From Spirochaetota bacterium (GTDB lineage: Bacteria > Spirochaetota > UBA4802 > JAFGDQ01), in NCBI GenBank assembly GCA_034190085.1, contig JAXHTS010000081.1, positions 2,541 through 66,540 of the forward strand: a DNA stretch of 64,000 nt, given 5' to 3'. The position numbers and the translations under genes were made by a program. The notes below the pieces were generated by a model. It was not told the DNA's origin. It made no database searches and saw nothing but the letters and a program-made list of their open reading frames with translations. The stretch's first letter is position 1. The number at the start of each line of letters is the position of its first letter. Below, piece by piece: positions 51,787 through 61,416 of the stretch.

Positions 51787-53937
51787 GTGATGGGTTTATT
51801 AGAAAAAGCGATGCAATATAAGAAGGATATGAACAGCGTTGGTGCGGAAACACTAGCTGACAATAATAATTTACCTACTGAGACAAATTTCGTCGAAGAC
51901 GAGATGATTCATAATAACAACGGATTGAATGATTCAATTGATTTTGGTAATAGAGAGGACATAAATGGAGGCGATGAATTTTTAATAAATGACGAGGATT
52001 CATTAGATGTTGGGTTTGAGAGCGATCCTATAACAGCATCCCAAGAGGAAAATGGTAAAACGCTATCTGAAATCGAAGAAGTGAAAACAGGGATAGATGA
52101 TGAACTCTTTCAATTGCCAGATGATGATGATCAATCTTTAAAGGAGGCTTTGAACGAACAGAAATCGAAAAAACAGGAGAGTGTCATTGATTCTTCTGTT
52201 GAGGAAGGAATTGTTAATTCAAAAACAGATGGAGGGATCAAAGAGGATGATTTTAAACCTTTAGGTCCTGAGGATGAACCCATAATTGCGGATATGAAGG
52301 AGGGTGTTACTGAAGGGGCAGATGATGTAGAAAGCGATAAGATCGATATTGATAGAGATGTTGATGTTGGTCTTGATGATATATTGAAGGAAGAGTCTAT
52401 AATTGCAGGTGAATTGTCAGAAGCGGTCTATCCCGATACAATGGATTCAGGTGTAGCCTTTGACGATATTGATGCAGGGGCGAAGAGTCCTCCCACATGC
52501 TATAGGGATTATCAAGCATTATACGAGTTCCAGAAAGAAATTGAAAAAATGGGAAGCAGAAGAGAACTGTTTGATTTGATTTTATTCTTAGTAATGGGAC
52601 AGATTGCTATTTCTTCCTCTTCAATTATTTCAATAGACCTGAATGATGAGAAAAGGTGGACTCTAACATGTTCAAAGGGAATAAAACCAAATGAAGAGAA
52701 TGTTGCCTTTGATTTTACAGAAGGCATAGTGAATGAATTGAGAAGAGGAATTGTGGATATTGAAGAGTATAAGGATAATGTAGAATTCAGAGAGTTATAT
52801 TATCAGTTAACCTCAATAGATGCAAGGTTACTGGTGCCTATAGTTGATAATGATAACCTATATGGCACTCTTATCGTTGGAGAGAAGTTGAATACCCTCG
52901 ATTATACAGAAGGAGAGAGAGATTTTATACTCTCTGTATGTAACTCCTCAGCAATTGCATTATCCAGAATGAATGTAATCGAGGACTTAGTAAGTCAAAA
53001 TGCAATCTATAAGAATGATATAGATGTTATACAATATATTGACAATTTTCATGAAAAAGTCGTTAATGTTAACAGTATAAAGGAATTGGAAGAGATTGTT
53101 ATCAGTGAGTTTGAAAAATTGAGTATTGTGTGTTTTGGAGTTTTTATTAAAGATGAAAGGGATGAAGATTATGTGCCAATTATTGTTGAGAGGGAAGATC
53201 TTCTGTCGTTAAATGAATCAAATTTTAGGATAAAGGGTGATAATCCATTTATTGAATATGTGCAAAAAATTAGACATAATGAAAGACTAAAGGATTTTGA
53301 TAGATTAAAGGATATTCATAATCTTTTTGGTGAGAGTCGATTAAAAAAGATGTCAATCCTGTGGATATACCCTTTTAAGATTGGCATTCATCTGATAGGA
53401 TTTATTACCATATTTGATATCTTGGATAAAAATAGGGATTGCGAGATTGAAAAAAAGTTATCTAGGTTTTCAAAGATAATCTTCCACTACATCCTGAATA
53501 TTAGGAGTTATGATATTCATGAAAGTATGTATGTTGATAATGTAGAGATTTTACTGAAAAGAATTAATCAAGAATTGCAAAAAGCAAAGGATCTGCAAAT
53601 ACCCTTAACACTTGTCCTCTTTTCAATAAAGAATTTTAAGCGTTATCATAATGTTTTTGGATATAATGAAGCAAAAAAAATGATAGATAGCCTAATTGAG
53701 GTTATAAAGAGCAGATTGGGAGAGGATGATTTTTCTGTAAGATTGGCAAGACATAAAATTCTCATAGTCCTTCCTGGCAAGGATAAGAAATATGCTATCC
53801 CCTTTGCAAATGTGATAAGAAATGAGATTACTAAAGGATTTAAGAAGAAGGAGATGCAGCTTTTAATAACATTCCTGACGTCTGAATATCCTGAAGATGG
53901 GGATGATCTATACACCCTTTTGGATTGCATTGATTGA
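51787..53937 (+). CDS. acidic N-terminal region, two GAF-like domains and a C-terminal degenerate GGDEF-like domain (likely non-catalytic signalling protein)
   Basis: The N-terminal ~240 aa are D/E-rich. Two GAF-like domains follow. The C-terminus reads PLTLVLFSIKNFKRYHNVFGYNEAKKMI...SVRLARHKILIVLPG...ITFLTSEYPEDGDD, which aligns to the GGDEF fold with the GG(D/E)EF site replaced by RHKIL and a truncated end. Confidence 0.65.
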   Translation: MMGLLEKAMQYKKDMNSVGAETLADNNNLPTETNFVEDEMIHNNNGLNDSIDFGNREDINGGDEFLINDEDSLDVGFESDPITASQEENGKTLSEIEEVKTGIDDELFQLPDDDDQSLKEALNEQKSKKQESVIDSSVEEGIVNSKTDGGIKEDDFKPLGPEDEPIIADMKEGVTEGADDVESDKIDIDRDVDVGLDDILKEESIIAGELSEAVYPDTMDSGVAFDDIDAGAKSPPTCYRDYQALYEFQKEIEKMGSRRELFDLILFLVMGQIAISSSSIISIDLNDEKRWTLTCSKGIKPNEENVAFDFTEGIVNELRRGIVDIEEYKDNVEFRELYYQLTSIDARLLVPIVDNDNLYGTLIVGEKLNTLDYTEGERDFILSVCNSSAIALSRMNVIEDLVSQNAIYKNDIDVIQYIDNFHEKVVNVNSIKELEEIVISEFEKLSIVCFGVFIKDERDEDYVPIIVEREDLLSLNESNFRIKGDNPFIEYVQKIRHNERLKDFDRLKDIHNLFGESRLKKMSILWIYPFKIGIHLIGFITIFDILDKNRDCEIEKKLSRFSKIIFHYILNIRSYDIHESMYVDNVEILLKRINQELQKAKDLQIPLTLVLFSIKNFKRYHNVFGYNEAKKMIDSLIEVIKSRLGEDDFSVRLARHKILIVLPGKDKKYAIPFANVIRNEITKGFKKKEMQLLITFLTSEYPEDGDDLYTLLDCID

Positions 53938-54052
53938 TTGAAGCGAGATACATTTTGACTAATGCCAGTCAATTGCAGTGTTATTATTATAATAACAGAT
54001 AAATTTCAAGGGATAATAAATATAGTAGATTCATATCAAGAGGAATTTTCAT

Positions 54053-54496
54053 TTGCGTGTGAGTAAGAGTGGAGCAATGCCCAAGAAAATAATGTATTTT
54101 CAGAAAGGTGAGAGGATTATTAGAGAAGGAAGACTGGATAAACGGATGTATATAATTTTAGAAGGGAATGTAAAGATATCACTATCTGATGGGGATGAAT
54201 CGATTATAGTGGCAAATTTGAAGAGGGGTGATTTCTTTGGAGAAATGTCACTCTTTAATAATACACCCAGGAGTGCAACCGCAACTGCCGATGGGGATGT
54301 AAAGCTTGCATATATTGATAATATTAAGCAATTAAAGGCGTTCCTTATGGTGAATCCCACATTTGCTGCTAAAATGGTTCATATTCTGGCCTTGCGATTG
54401 GCAAGGACGAATGAAATTCTCGTGAATGAATTCAAAGAACTTAACAAATATAAGTTTATGAGAGATGTGTCTGGTCTGCATTATTTTGTTGATTAG
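54053..54496 (+). CDS. stand-alone cyclic-nucleotide-binding (cNMP/CAP effector) domain protein
   Basis: GDFFGEMSL and RSATATA phosphate-binding cassette; 147 aa with no DNA-binding domain. Confidence 0.7.
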   Translation: MRVSKSGAMPKKIMYFQKGERIIREGRLDKRMYIILEGNVKISLSDGDESIIVANLKRGDFFGEMSLFNNTPRSATATADGDVKLAYIDNIKQLKAFLMVNPTFAAKMVHILALRLARTNEILVNEFKELNKYKFMRDVSGLHYFVD

Positions 54497-54567
54497 GTCT
54501 TTTGCTATCGGATAACTCTGTAGGTCTATGGTGGGAAGTTAGTGTAATTTATATAATCATTGAGATG

Positions 54568-55320
54568 TCAATTCTTCTCTTGTTGTTTTAATATTTCTCT
54601 TGTTAGGTTCATATAATCAATAGCCCCATTACTATCAGTTTTATACTCATATATTGTTTGTCCCCAACTCGGGGCTTCCTGTAGAGAAACATTCTCCCTG
54701 ATAACCGTATCAAAAAGTTTACCAGGAAAGCGTTCTTTTATTTCATCTATTACCTCTCGGTTAATAATCTTTCTGGCATTGTACATCGTTCCGATGATGC
54801 CAGTAACCTCAATATTCTTATTTAGCCTCTTTTTTACAAGCTGCACTGCTTCAAATAGATTGTACATACCATGAAAGGGCAGGAATTGAAGTTGTACAGG
54901 AATAAATATCTCTTTAGCATAACAGAGGGAGTTAAGGGTTAAGGTTCCAAGCGATGGAGGACAGTCAATCAATACATAATCATAACCCTGCAGGTCTTCC
55001 AGTGAGTCCTTGAGCAAGTACTCTTTTGCGGGAATTGGTAGAAATTCAATTCCTCTAAGCTCTAAACAGGATGGTAGGATATGAAGTCCATATCGGTCAA
55101 TCAGTGTCTCTTCAAAGGATATATCGCCCTTGATTACATCAAAGATGCTATATTTTAATTCCTTAGATTTAATGCCAAAGTGATAGGTGGACTGAGCTTG
55201 AGGATCAATATCAATCACAAGAACTCGTTTCCCCTGCAATTGCAGCCCCGCTGCAATGTTAACGGTGCTGGTGGTCTTGCCTACTCCGCCCTTATTATTG
55301 GAGATTGATATTATTCTCAC
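54568..55320 (-). CDS. ParA/MinD-family ATPase (orphan ParA/Soj-like)
   Basis: Deviant Walker A NKGGVGKTTSTVN; 250 aa; no parB nearby. Confidence 0.85.
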   Translation of the reverse strand: MRIISISNNKGGVGKTTSTVNIAAGLQLQGKRVLVIDIDPQAQSTYHFGIKSKELKYSIFDVIKGDISFEETLIDRYGLHILPSCLELRGIEFLPIPAKEYLLKDSLEDLQGYDYVLIDCPPSLGTLTLNSLCYAKEIFIPVQLQFLPFHGMYNLFEAVQLVKKRLNKNIEVTGIIGTMYNARKIINREVIDEIKERFPGKLFDTVIRENVSLQEAPSWGQTIYEYKTDSNGAIDYMNLTREILKQQEKN

Positions 55321-55799
55321 TCATATTCCCCTATGCATTTCTCAACTCAAAATTAGATAAGCCTCTTTTCAATTATAGTTAAAACATGAATAATAAACAG
55401 ACGAAACATATAAGTAGCTTTAATTTGCGTTATTGGATTAGTATATTCAGAATTTATATTATTCCTGTTTTTTTACTCTTATAATATGGGTTTAATAAAA
55501 ATCAACCAAAAAAGGTAATTTATCATTTTGTGAAACATAAATATTGATAATAGTTTTTGTGTTGCTTTAGATGTTAAAGCAATTCTTGCATAAGGGTAAG
55601 GGATGAAATTCAAGTCCAAATTGTATATTTTAAATTGTTTCTCTTGACTTTTGAAGTGATATGACTTATCTAGCCTAGAGTAGGTAATGGTATTTGTAAT
55701 TCAATGAAGTTGGTGAATGTTCATGATCTCTACTGAATTGTTAATAATAAAAATAGATATGGAATGGATTATAATTATATAAATTGATTCAGTGAAAAT

Positions 55800-56906
55800 G
55801 TGAGGATTATAATGACTGAAGGTATTTATGAAGATCTTATCATGCATCTTGGTACAATAAGCTTTGGTCTTTATTCCTGCCCTGAATTATATAGATTACT
55901 CAAAGCTCTTTTTACAGAAGAGGAAGCACGAGTAGCTGTTAACCTATCGCCAATGGCTCCAGAACCTCCGGAGAATGTAGCTCAGCGGATGAAGGAGAAT
56001 CCCAAAAGGATAGCTAAAATTCTGGATGGAATGGCTGATAAGGGTGTAATATACTGCAGTCAGCGAGGGGAGGATAAATGGTACAAGATCATTCAGGTTA
56101 TCCCGGGTATATTTGAGCTTCAGTTTATGCGGGGGGAGGTTGATGATAGAAGTCGAGAATTGGCTAGGCTTTTTGATGATTATTCCCATGCACAGGAGCG
56201 GGTGATCACAGATAAGATTAAGATAACACCATTCGCTAGAGTGATTCCAGTTGAGAAGACTATTAAAGCGGATGTCGAAATATTCCCATTTGAAATGGCT
56301 AATCGGTATATAGATGAAGCTGATACTATCTCGCTCTCTACATGTTACTGCCGCCATGAAAAGAGACTCTTAGAAAAGGGTTGCCAGCATCCTGATGATG
56401 TTTGTCTACAGTTCGGATCCTTTGCGCGTTTCGTAGTGCAGAGAGGATTCGGGAGAGCGATTAGTCGTGATGAGGCGCGGCAAGTTCTTGAGAGAAGCGA
56501 GGAAGCAGGACTCATTCATACATCAAATAACACTCGTGACCGCATCGATTTTATATGCAATTGCTGTATCTGTTGCTGCGGAATTCTTCGATCTATTAAA
56601 TCATCTAATATTCCTTCTATGGCTGCAACGAGTAATTATCTTGCCAGGATTGAAAAAAATAATTGTGTAGGTTGTGGCTATTGTATAGAACGTTGCCAGA
56701 TGGATGCTATTTATTATGATAGTGAGTATATGGTACATATGGATATAGATCGCTGTATAGGATGTGGGGTTTGTGTTTCAAGCTGTACAAACAATGCGAT
56801 TGAACTCGTGTTGGGAGCTGAGCAGAAGAATCCTCCGAGGGATTTTCGAGAGCTTGGTATGATCCAAATGGAGGATGTTAAAGGTCTAATCAATGATAAT
56901 AGCTAG
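55800..56906 (+). CDS. Cys-rich iron-sulfur protein: possible N-terminal winged-helix domain, central CxCCxCCC cluster motif, two C-terminal ferredoxin-type CxxCxxCxxxC motifs
   Basis: FICNCCICCCG; CVGCGYCIERC and CIGCGVCVSSC 4Fe-4S motifs. The N-terminal ~100 aa have a helix-turn-helix/wHTH-like pattern (inference only). Confidence 0.6.
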   Translation: MRIIMTEGIYEDLIMHLGTISFGLYSCPELYRLLKALFTEEEARVAVNLSPMAPEPPENVAQRMKENPKRIAKILDGMADKGVIYCSQRGEDKWYKIIQVIPGIFELQFMRGEVDDRSRELARLFDDYSHAQERVITDKIKITPFARVIPVEKTIKADVEIFPFEMANRYIDEADTISLSTCYCRHEKRLLEKGCQHPDDVCLQFGSFARFVVQRGFGRAISRDEARQVLERSEEAGLIHTSNNTRDRIDFICNCCICCCGILRSIKSSNIPSMAATSNYLARIEKNNCVGCGYCIERCQMDAIYYDSEYMVHMDIDRCIGCGVCVSSCTNNAIELVLGAEQKNPPRDFRELGMIQMEDVKGLINDNS

Positions 56907-57017
56907 AGTTTATGGATAGTCGTCCGGATCAATTAGTCTTATTGGTTAATTTTATTTTGTCAGTAGCTTGGTTATAGCGTTAGCTTTTGTATTTTACATT
57001 CAGCAGATTCAACAGAT

Positions 57018-58301
57018 TTGGCTTATTGCAAACATCCTATTTCTTTAGTCTCTTTATTGAACTGCAGAGTGAATTCTGAAGAAGAAATAAGAGGGAAAAC
57101 GATGTTAACAGAGGTACAAATGGAAAGGTATTCAGATGTTCTCCTATGGGCTCTGAAAACCGCGAGGAGTGGTAATTTTAAAAAGAATGATATTATTTTA
57201 ATTCGTTATGAGAGGGGTTCAATTGAGTTATCTGAAATCATGCATGCAAGATTTCTTGAAATGGGGATGAATCCTGTTCTACGGATGGGATTGACATCAA
57301 GAATGGAGCGAAATTTTTTTGAGAGGGCCAATAATAATCAGCTTGTTTTTCAAGCGCCAAGTGAGAAGGAATTATATAAGAGTATAAATGGGAGTATATT
57401 TCTTCATGCCCCAGAGTCATTAACACATCTCAGCCATATAGATCCGAAAAGGATAGGGAAGGCGATCTTAGCTAGAAAGCCCTTGCGTGACATACTGGAA
57501 AAGAGAGAGGCAGAGGGCACCTTCGGATGGACTCTTTGTATGCTGCCAACATCTGAGTTAGCAAAGCATGCTGGGCTATCTATGAAGAGGTACTCTGATC
57601 AAATCATTAGGGCTTGTTATCTGGATAAAGACGATCCTGTTGGTGAATGGGAAAAGATTTATAAGGATGCTGCTGCAATCAAAAAAAGAATGAATAGCTT
57701 GGATGTTGAATATTTTCATATTCAGTCAGAAAACATAAATCTAATAATAAAACCGGGAAAAAAGAGGAAATGGATTGGAATTTCGGGTCATAATATACCA
57801 AGTTTTGAAATTTTTCTTTCTCCGGACTGGAGAGGGACAGAGGGTGTATATTTTGCCAATCAGCCATCTTTTCGCAGTGGAAATTATGTTGAGAATGTGC
57901 GTATTGAGTTTAGAAGGGGTGTAGCGTTTAAGGTTGAGGCTGCTAAAGGGAAAGATTTTATCTCAAAGCAGTTATCAATAGATATTGGAGCAAGCAGGGT
58001 AGGGGAATTTTCACTCACTGATAAAAGATTTTCCAAGATAAATAAATTTATGGCTAGCACCCTCTATGATGAAAATTACGGGGGTAATTTTGGGAACTGT
58101 CATCTCGCTCTAGGCTCATCCTATTTGGATACATACGATGGGGATGCATCAATGCTTAAAAAAGATGGAAAGGATAAATTGGGATTTAATGATTCGGCAC
58201 TACATTGGGATTTGGTAAATACTGAGAAAAAGACGGTAACCGCTTCCCTTACTTCAGGGGAGAAAAGGGTAATCTATGAGGATGGAATTTTCAAATGCTG
58301 A
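57018..58301 (+). CDS. aminopeptidase, M29 family (aminopeptidase T/AmpS/PepS-like)
   Basis: C-terminal block ASTLYDENYGGNFGNCHLALGSSY parallels the M29 TLFDENAASHIAFG block; the size fits. The true start is probably the MLTEVQM Met near 57100. Confidence 0.65.
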   Translation: MAYCKHPISLVSLLNCRVNSEEEIRGKTMLTEVQMERYSDVLLWALKTARSGNFKKNDIILIRYERGSIELSEIMHARFLEMGMNPVLRMGLTSRMERNFFERANNNQLVFQAPSEKELYKSINGSIFLHAPESLTHLSHIDPKRIGKAILARKPLRDILEKREAEGTFGWTLCMLPTSELAKHAGLSMKRYSDQIIRACYLDKDDPVGEWEKIYKDAAAIKKRMNSLDVEYFHIQSENINLIIKPGKKRKWIGISGHNIPSFEIFLSPDWRGTEGVYFANQPSFRSGNYVENVRIEFRRGVAFKVEAAKGKDFISKQLSIDIGASRVGEFSLTDKRFSKINKFMASTLYDENYGGNFGNCHLALGSSYLDTYDGDASMLKKDGKDKLGFNDSALHWDLVNTEKKTVTASLTSGEKRVIYEDGIFKC

Positions 58302-58525
58302 TGATTTTGTTCAAGTAAATATTGAAAATTTTCAATCCACCCTTGGTGTGGTAAAGCTTAGTAAGAAAAAAAGGATTATTACTTTTGGGGAATTAGGGAA
58401 ATCTATCTATTAACTACATGAATATTCCTTTTATTATCGTTTTATTAGATTTGTCTTGACAACCCCTTGCTTCGATTTAACCTTACTAAAAAATAATTAA
58501 TTCAATTAAAGAGAGGTGAAATGCT

Positions 58526-59437
58526 ATGGGACTATTTATAATATCAATAATAATAATTATTTTAGGATTAGTTATTGCATATTCCAAAGGTGCCGGGGGC
58601 CAAATTATGGAAGGATTTGGTATCAATAAGGAGTTTGGCAAATTTGCAGGATTAGCTGGTGTAATTATAGGTTTATTCATATTAATATATTCCTTTTTGT
58701 TCACAGTTGATGAAGGCGAGGCGGTTGTACTTGTACAATTTGGTAAACTCTACTCTACTATTGATTCACCTGGAGTACATGCGAAGAGACCGTGGGCAAC
58801 CATTCATGCATATCCTAAGAGAATTAGGGAACATACTACAGTTATTGAGGTTAGAACCGAAGATGGGATGAGTGTAAGGATTGATACTACTACATGGTAT
58901 AAGGTGGATACTGGAAGTATTGATAGAATATATAAGGAAATTGCGGCTGATGTTACAGCTTTGGCAGAGAACATTATCTTCCCAGCTTTAAGGACTACAA
59001 TCAGAAATACAGTTTCACAGTATACTGTAAAACAGCTTTATGTTGAGAGAACCGATATATCAAAGAAAATTTTTGAAGATGCAAAGATGGAGTTAGCAAA
59101 AAAATATGTGTTGCTTGATAATGTAATGTTGAGGGATATAAAACTCCCTGAAAATATTGAGAGTGCGGTTCAGATGAAGATAAAGGCTCAACAGGACGCA
59201 GAGGCGGCTGAATATAAGAAGTTGAAGGCAATAAAGGATGCAGAGATAAAAGTAGAGGAGGCAAAGGGGATTGCACAGGCTCAGTCAATAATAAATAGAA
59301 CCCTGACACCCAATTATCTTCAACACGAGGCGATAGCGGCATATAAGGAATTAGTAAACTCGAAGAATACAACATTTGTTATAATGCCAACGAACCCCAA
59401 GGCTACTGGAATGCCATTGATACTTAATTCTAAATAA
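58526..59437 (+). CDS. SPFH/band-7 (prohibitin/HflC-like) membrane protein
   Basis: N-terminal TM helices, then the SPFH domain and a C-terminal coiled coil (EAAEYKKLKAIKDAEIKVEEAKGIAQAQ). Confidence 0.8.
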   Translation: MGLFIISIIIIILGLVIAYSKGAGGQIMEGFGINKEFGKFAGLAGVIIGLFILIYSFLFTVDEGEAVVLVQFGKLYSTIDSPGVHAKRPWATIHAYPKRIREHTTVIEVRTEDGMSVRIDTTTWYKVDTGSIDRIYKEIAADVTALAENIIFPALRTTIRNTVSQYTVKQLYVERTDISKKIFEDAKMELAKKYVLLDNVMLRDIKLPENIESAVQMKIKAQQDAEAAEYKKLKAIKDAEIKVEEAKGIAQAQSIINRTLTPNYLQHEAIAAYKELVNSKNTTFVIMPTNPKATGMPLILNSK

Positions 59438-59662
59438 TAGATGGAGAGGAATTAATTTTAGTGTAATATTGTATTGTAGTGTTATTGTAACAGGATTTCT
59501 AAGGGACTGTATTATTAAGTATACGAATACTGTTTCATTTATTGTAGCTAACTATGTGGTATCTATTTTCTATGAGATGAGCATTATATAACTTTTCAAG
59601 AGATTATTTCCCTGACCTTGGTTATGTAGAGAGTGTATGAAATATTTTTTTGTATAGAAAAA

Positions 59663-60076
59663 TTATCTTAAGAGGGTTTCGTAGGCTTTCTGAATGGAAA
59701 TAAATTTGTTGTGGGCCATCTCCTGAAATTCTTGCCCAAGGTGTTGAACTTTATCTGGGTGATATTGTACTATCAATCTGTTATATGCTGATCTAATCTC
59801 TTCCTTTGAGGCTCCTTGTTTAATTCCAAGTATCTTGTAAGGGTCATCATCCGGATATCTCTTATTATCGGTTGATTGTTGCTCCTTTCTATATGAGTAC
59901 GATGAAGCCCTTCCAGTTTTGTGAATTCGTTTCATTCTGGATATCCACCATACAACTAAAGCTATTATTGAGAGGTCATCTATCCATCCAGCACCTAATA
60001 AGAAATCTGGCACAATATCAAAAGGATTGAGCAAATATGCAATTGCTATTATCCATAGAAGATACTTTTTGATCAT
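59663..60076 (-). CDS. DUF1232 membrane domain fused to a C-terminal DnaJ (J) domain
   Basis: YLLNPFDIVPDFLLGAGWIDDL (DUF1232/YkvA-like) plus DPYKILGIKQGASKEEIRSAYNRLIVQYHPDK (J-domain with HPD). Confidence 0.7.
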   Translation of the reverse strand: MIKKYLLWIIAIAYLLNPFDIVPDFLLGAGWIDDLSIIALVVWWISRMKRIHKTGRASSYSYRKEQQSTDNKRYPDDDPYKILGIKQGASKEEIRSAYNRLIVQYHPDKVQHLGQEFQEMAHNKFISIQKAYETLLR

Positions 60077-60424
60077 TTTCCTATTCGCCCTGTGTATGGA
60101 ATTATATAAATTTTGTGATTATTATTTGTTAATAATAGTCAACGTTTTTATACTAATAAAAAATTAATTTCTATATAACTCAGATAAGTAGAGGTGGTAG
60201 CAAACAAATAATTGAATATAATAGGCTAGAATATTGTATAGAATTAATTACTATTATAGTATTGTTCTCTATTGTATAATATATAAAAAGTATAGGTCTA
60301 GTCTGAGGGGATTTGATAGACTGTAACTTACATTATCTACTAAGTATTTATCCTTATTATTATTAATAAAATTTGTTTCTCATTTTATACTATTACTTGT
60401 AGCAGTATAAAATGAGTCCCTCGA

Positions 60425-60955
60425 TTAAAAACTATATAATAGACCAAAAGTCAGCTTTAGCATTGTTTTATCTCTGTCAGCTATATCGTGAAATAAAAAT
60501 CTGACTTCAAAAATCATGGAAAGTGGTCCGTTTATATCAAATTCAATACCACCGAATCCCTCAATTCCAGCATCAGAGTCCTCATCAGTTGTGGTGTCAT
60601 CTTCGTAATCAAGATAGTTTAATGCAGGTCCAAATCCAAGGAATGGCGATACAGTGCTTTTTTTCAAAAAAAACCAGTACCAGTCGATGTGGAAGGCGTA
60701 AACATCAAATAATTCCGTATCATCTATTGCCATCTCAACATAATCTATACTTGGTCTAAACCTAAGAGAATTGAATATAAATGTTCCTAAATCAAAGAGG
60801 ATACCCAATGTCCAAGTATCATCGAATTCTAGATCAGAGTAATCATCCATCATTTTAGCATATCCACCTTTTACCCCCATCGCCCTTGAGTATGATTTAT
60901 CAGTTGATATAAAGATAATACTAACAACCAATAACAGGATTCCCAATATTTTCAT
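60425..60955 (-). CDS. small outer-membrane beta-barrel protein (OmpW/OMP_b-brl-like)
   Basis: Signal peptide, alternating beta-strand pattern, C-terminal ...LTFGLLYSF. Confidence 0.6.
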   Translation of the reverse strand: MKILGILLLVVSIIFISTDKSYSRAMGVKGGYAKMMDDYSDLEFDDTWTLGILFDLGTFIFNSLRFRPSIDYVEMAIDDTELFDVYAFHIDWYWFFLKKSTVSPFLGFGPALNYLDYEDDTTTDEDSDAGIEGFGGIEFDINGPLSMIFEVRFLFHDIADRDKTMLKLTFGLLYSF

Positions 60956-61416
60956 TTCTATCTCCTTAATAATATTTAGATTTCATAATTATATTTTCAT
61001 AGTTCTAATGATTTTGTAGATTAGGGATTGGTGTGAATTCTGTCAATACATTTATTATCAGTAGTATTTTAAAAAGTGGAGTAATTTTAATAGATAGTGC
61101 GTATTTCAGTTAAACCTACCAACTATTCCTGATTGTTATAATAGTAATATATTGAAAGAACATATTTTTATATCACATAACCCTCATATATCCAGGTATT
61201 TTGTGATTTAGAAATTTATATGATAAATATACGAAGTCAGGTATAGATGGCAAGACTAGCAGGATTATCAAACAAGCTATTAAGTGAATTATATTGCTAT
61301 AAAGAATAGTAGTATAATTATGTGGAATATTATAATAATCCAGTATAGCTACAATCAAAATGGGAAGTATTTCCCTCGCACTTAGTGCTTCTTCTTTTCT
61401 TCTTCCATATTCATTA

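Noticed and set aside
49597-53937. Magnetosome-like or biomineralisation function for the hyper-acidic proteins
   Set aside because: No MamB/M/E/K/A-like genes or any iron-handling genes are nearby; acidity alone is not evidence.
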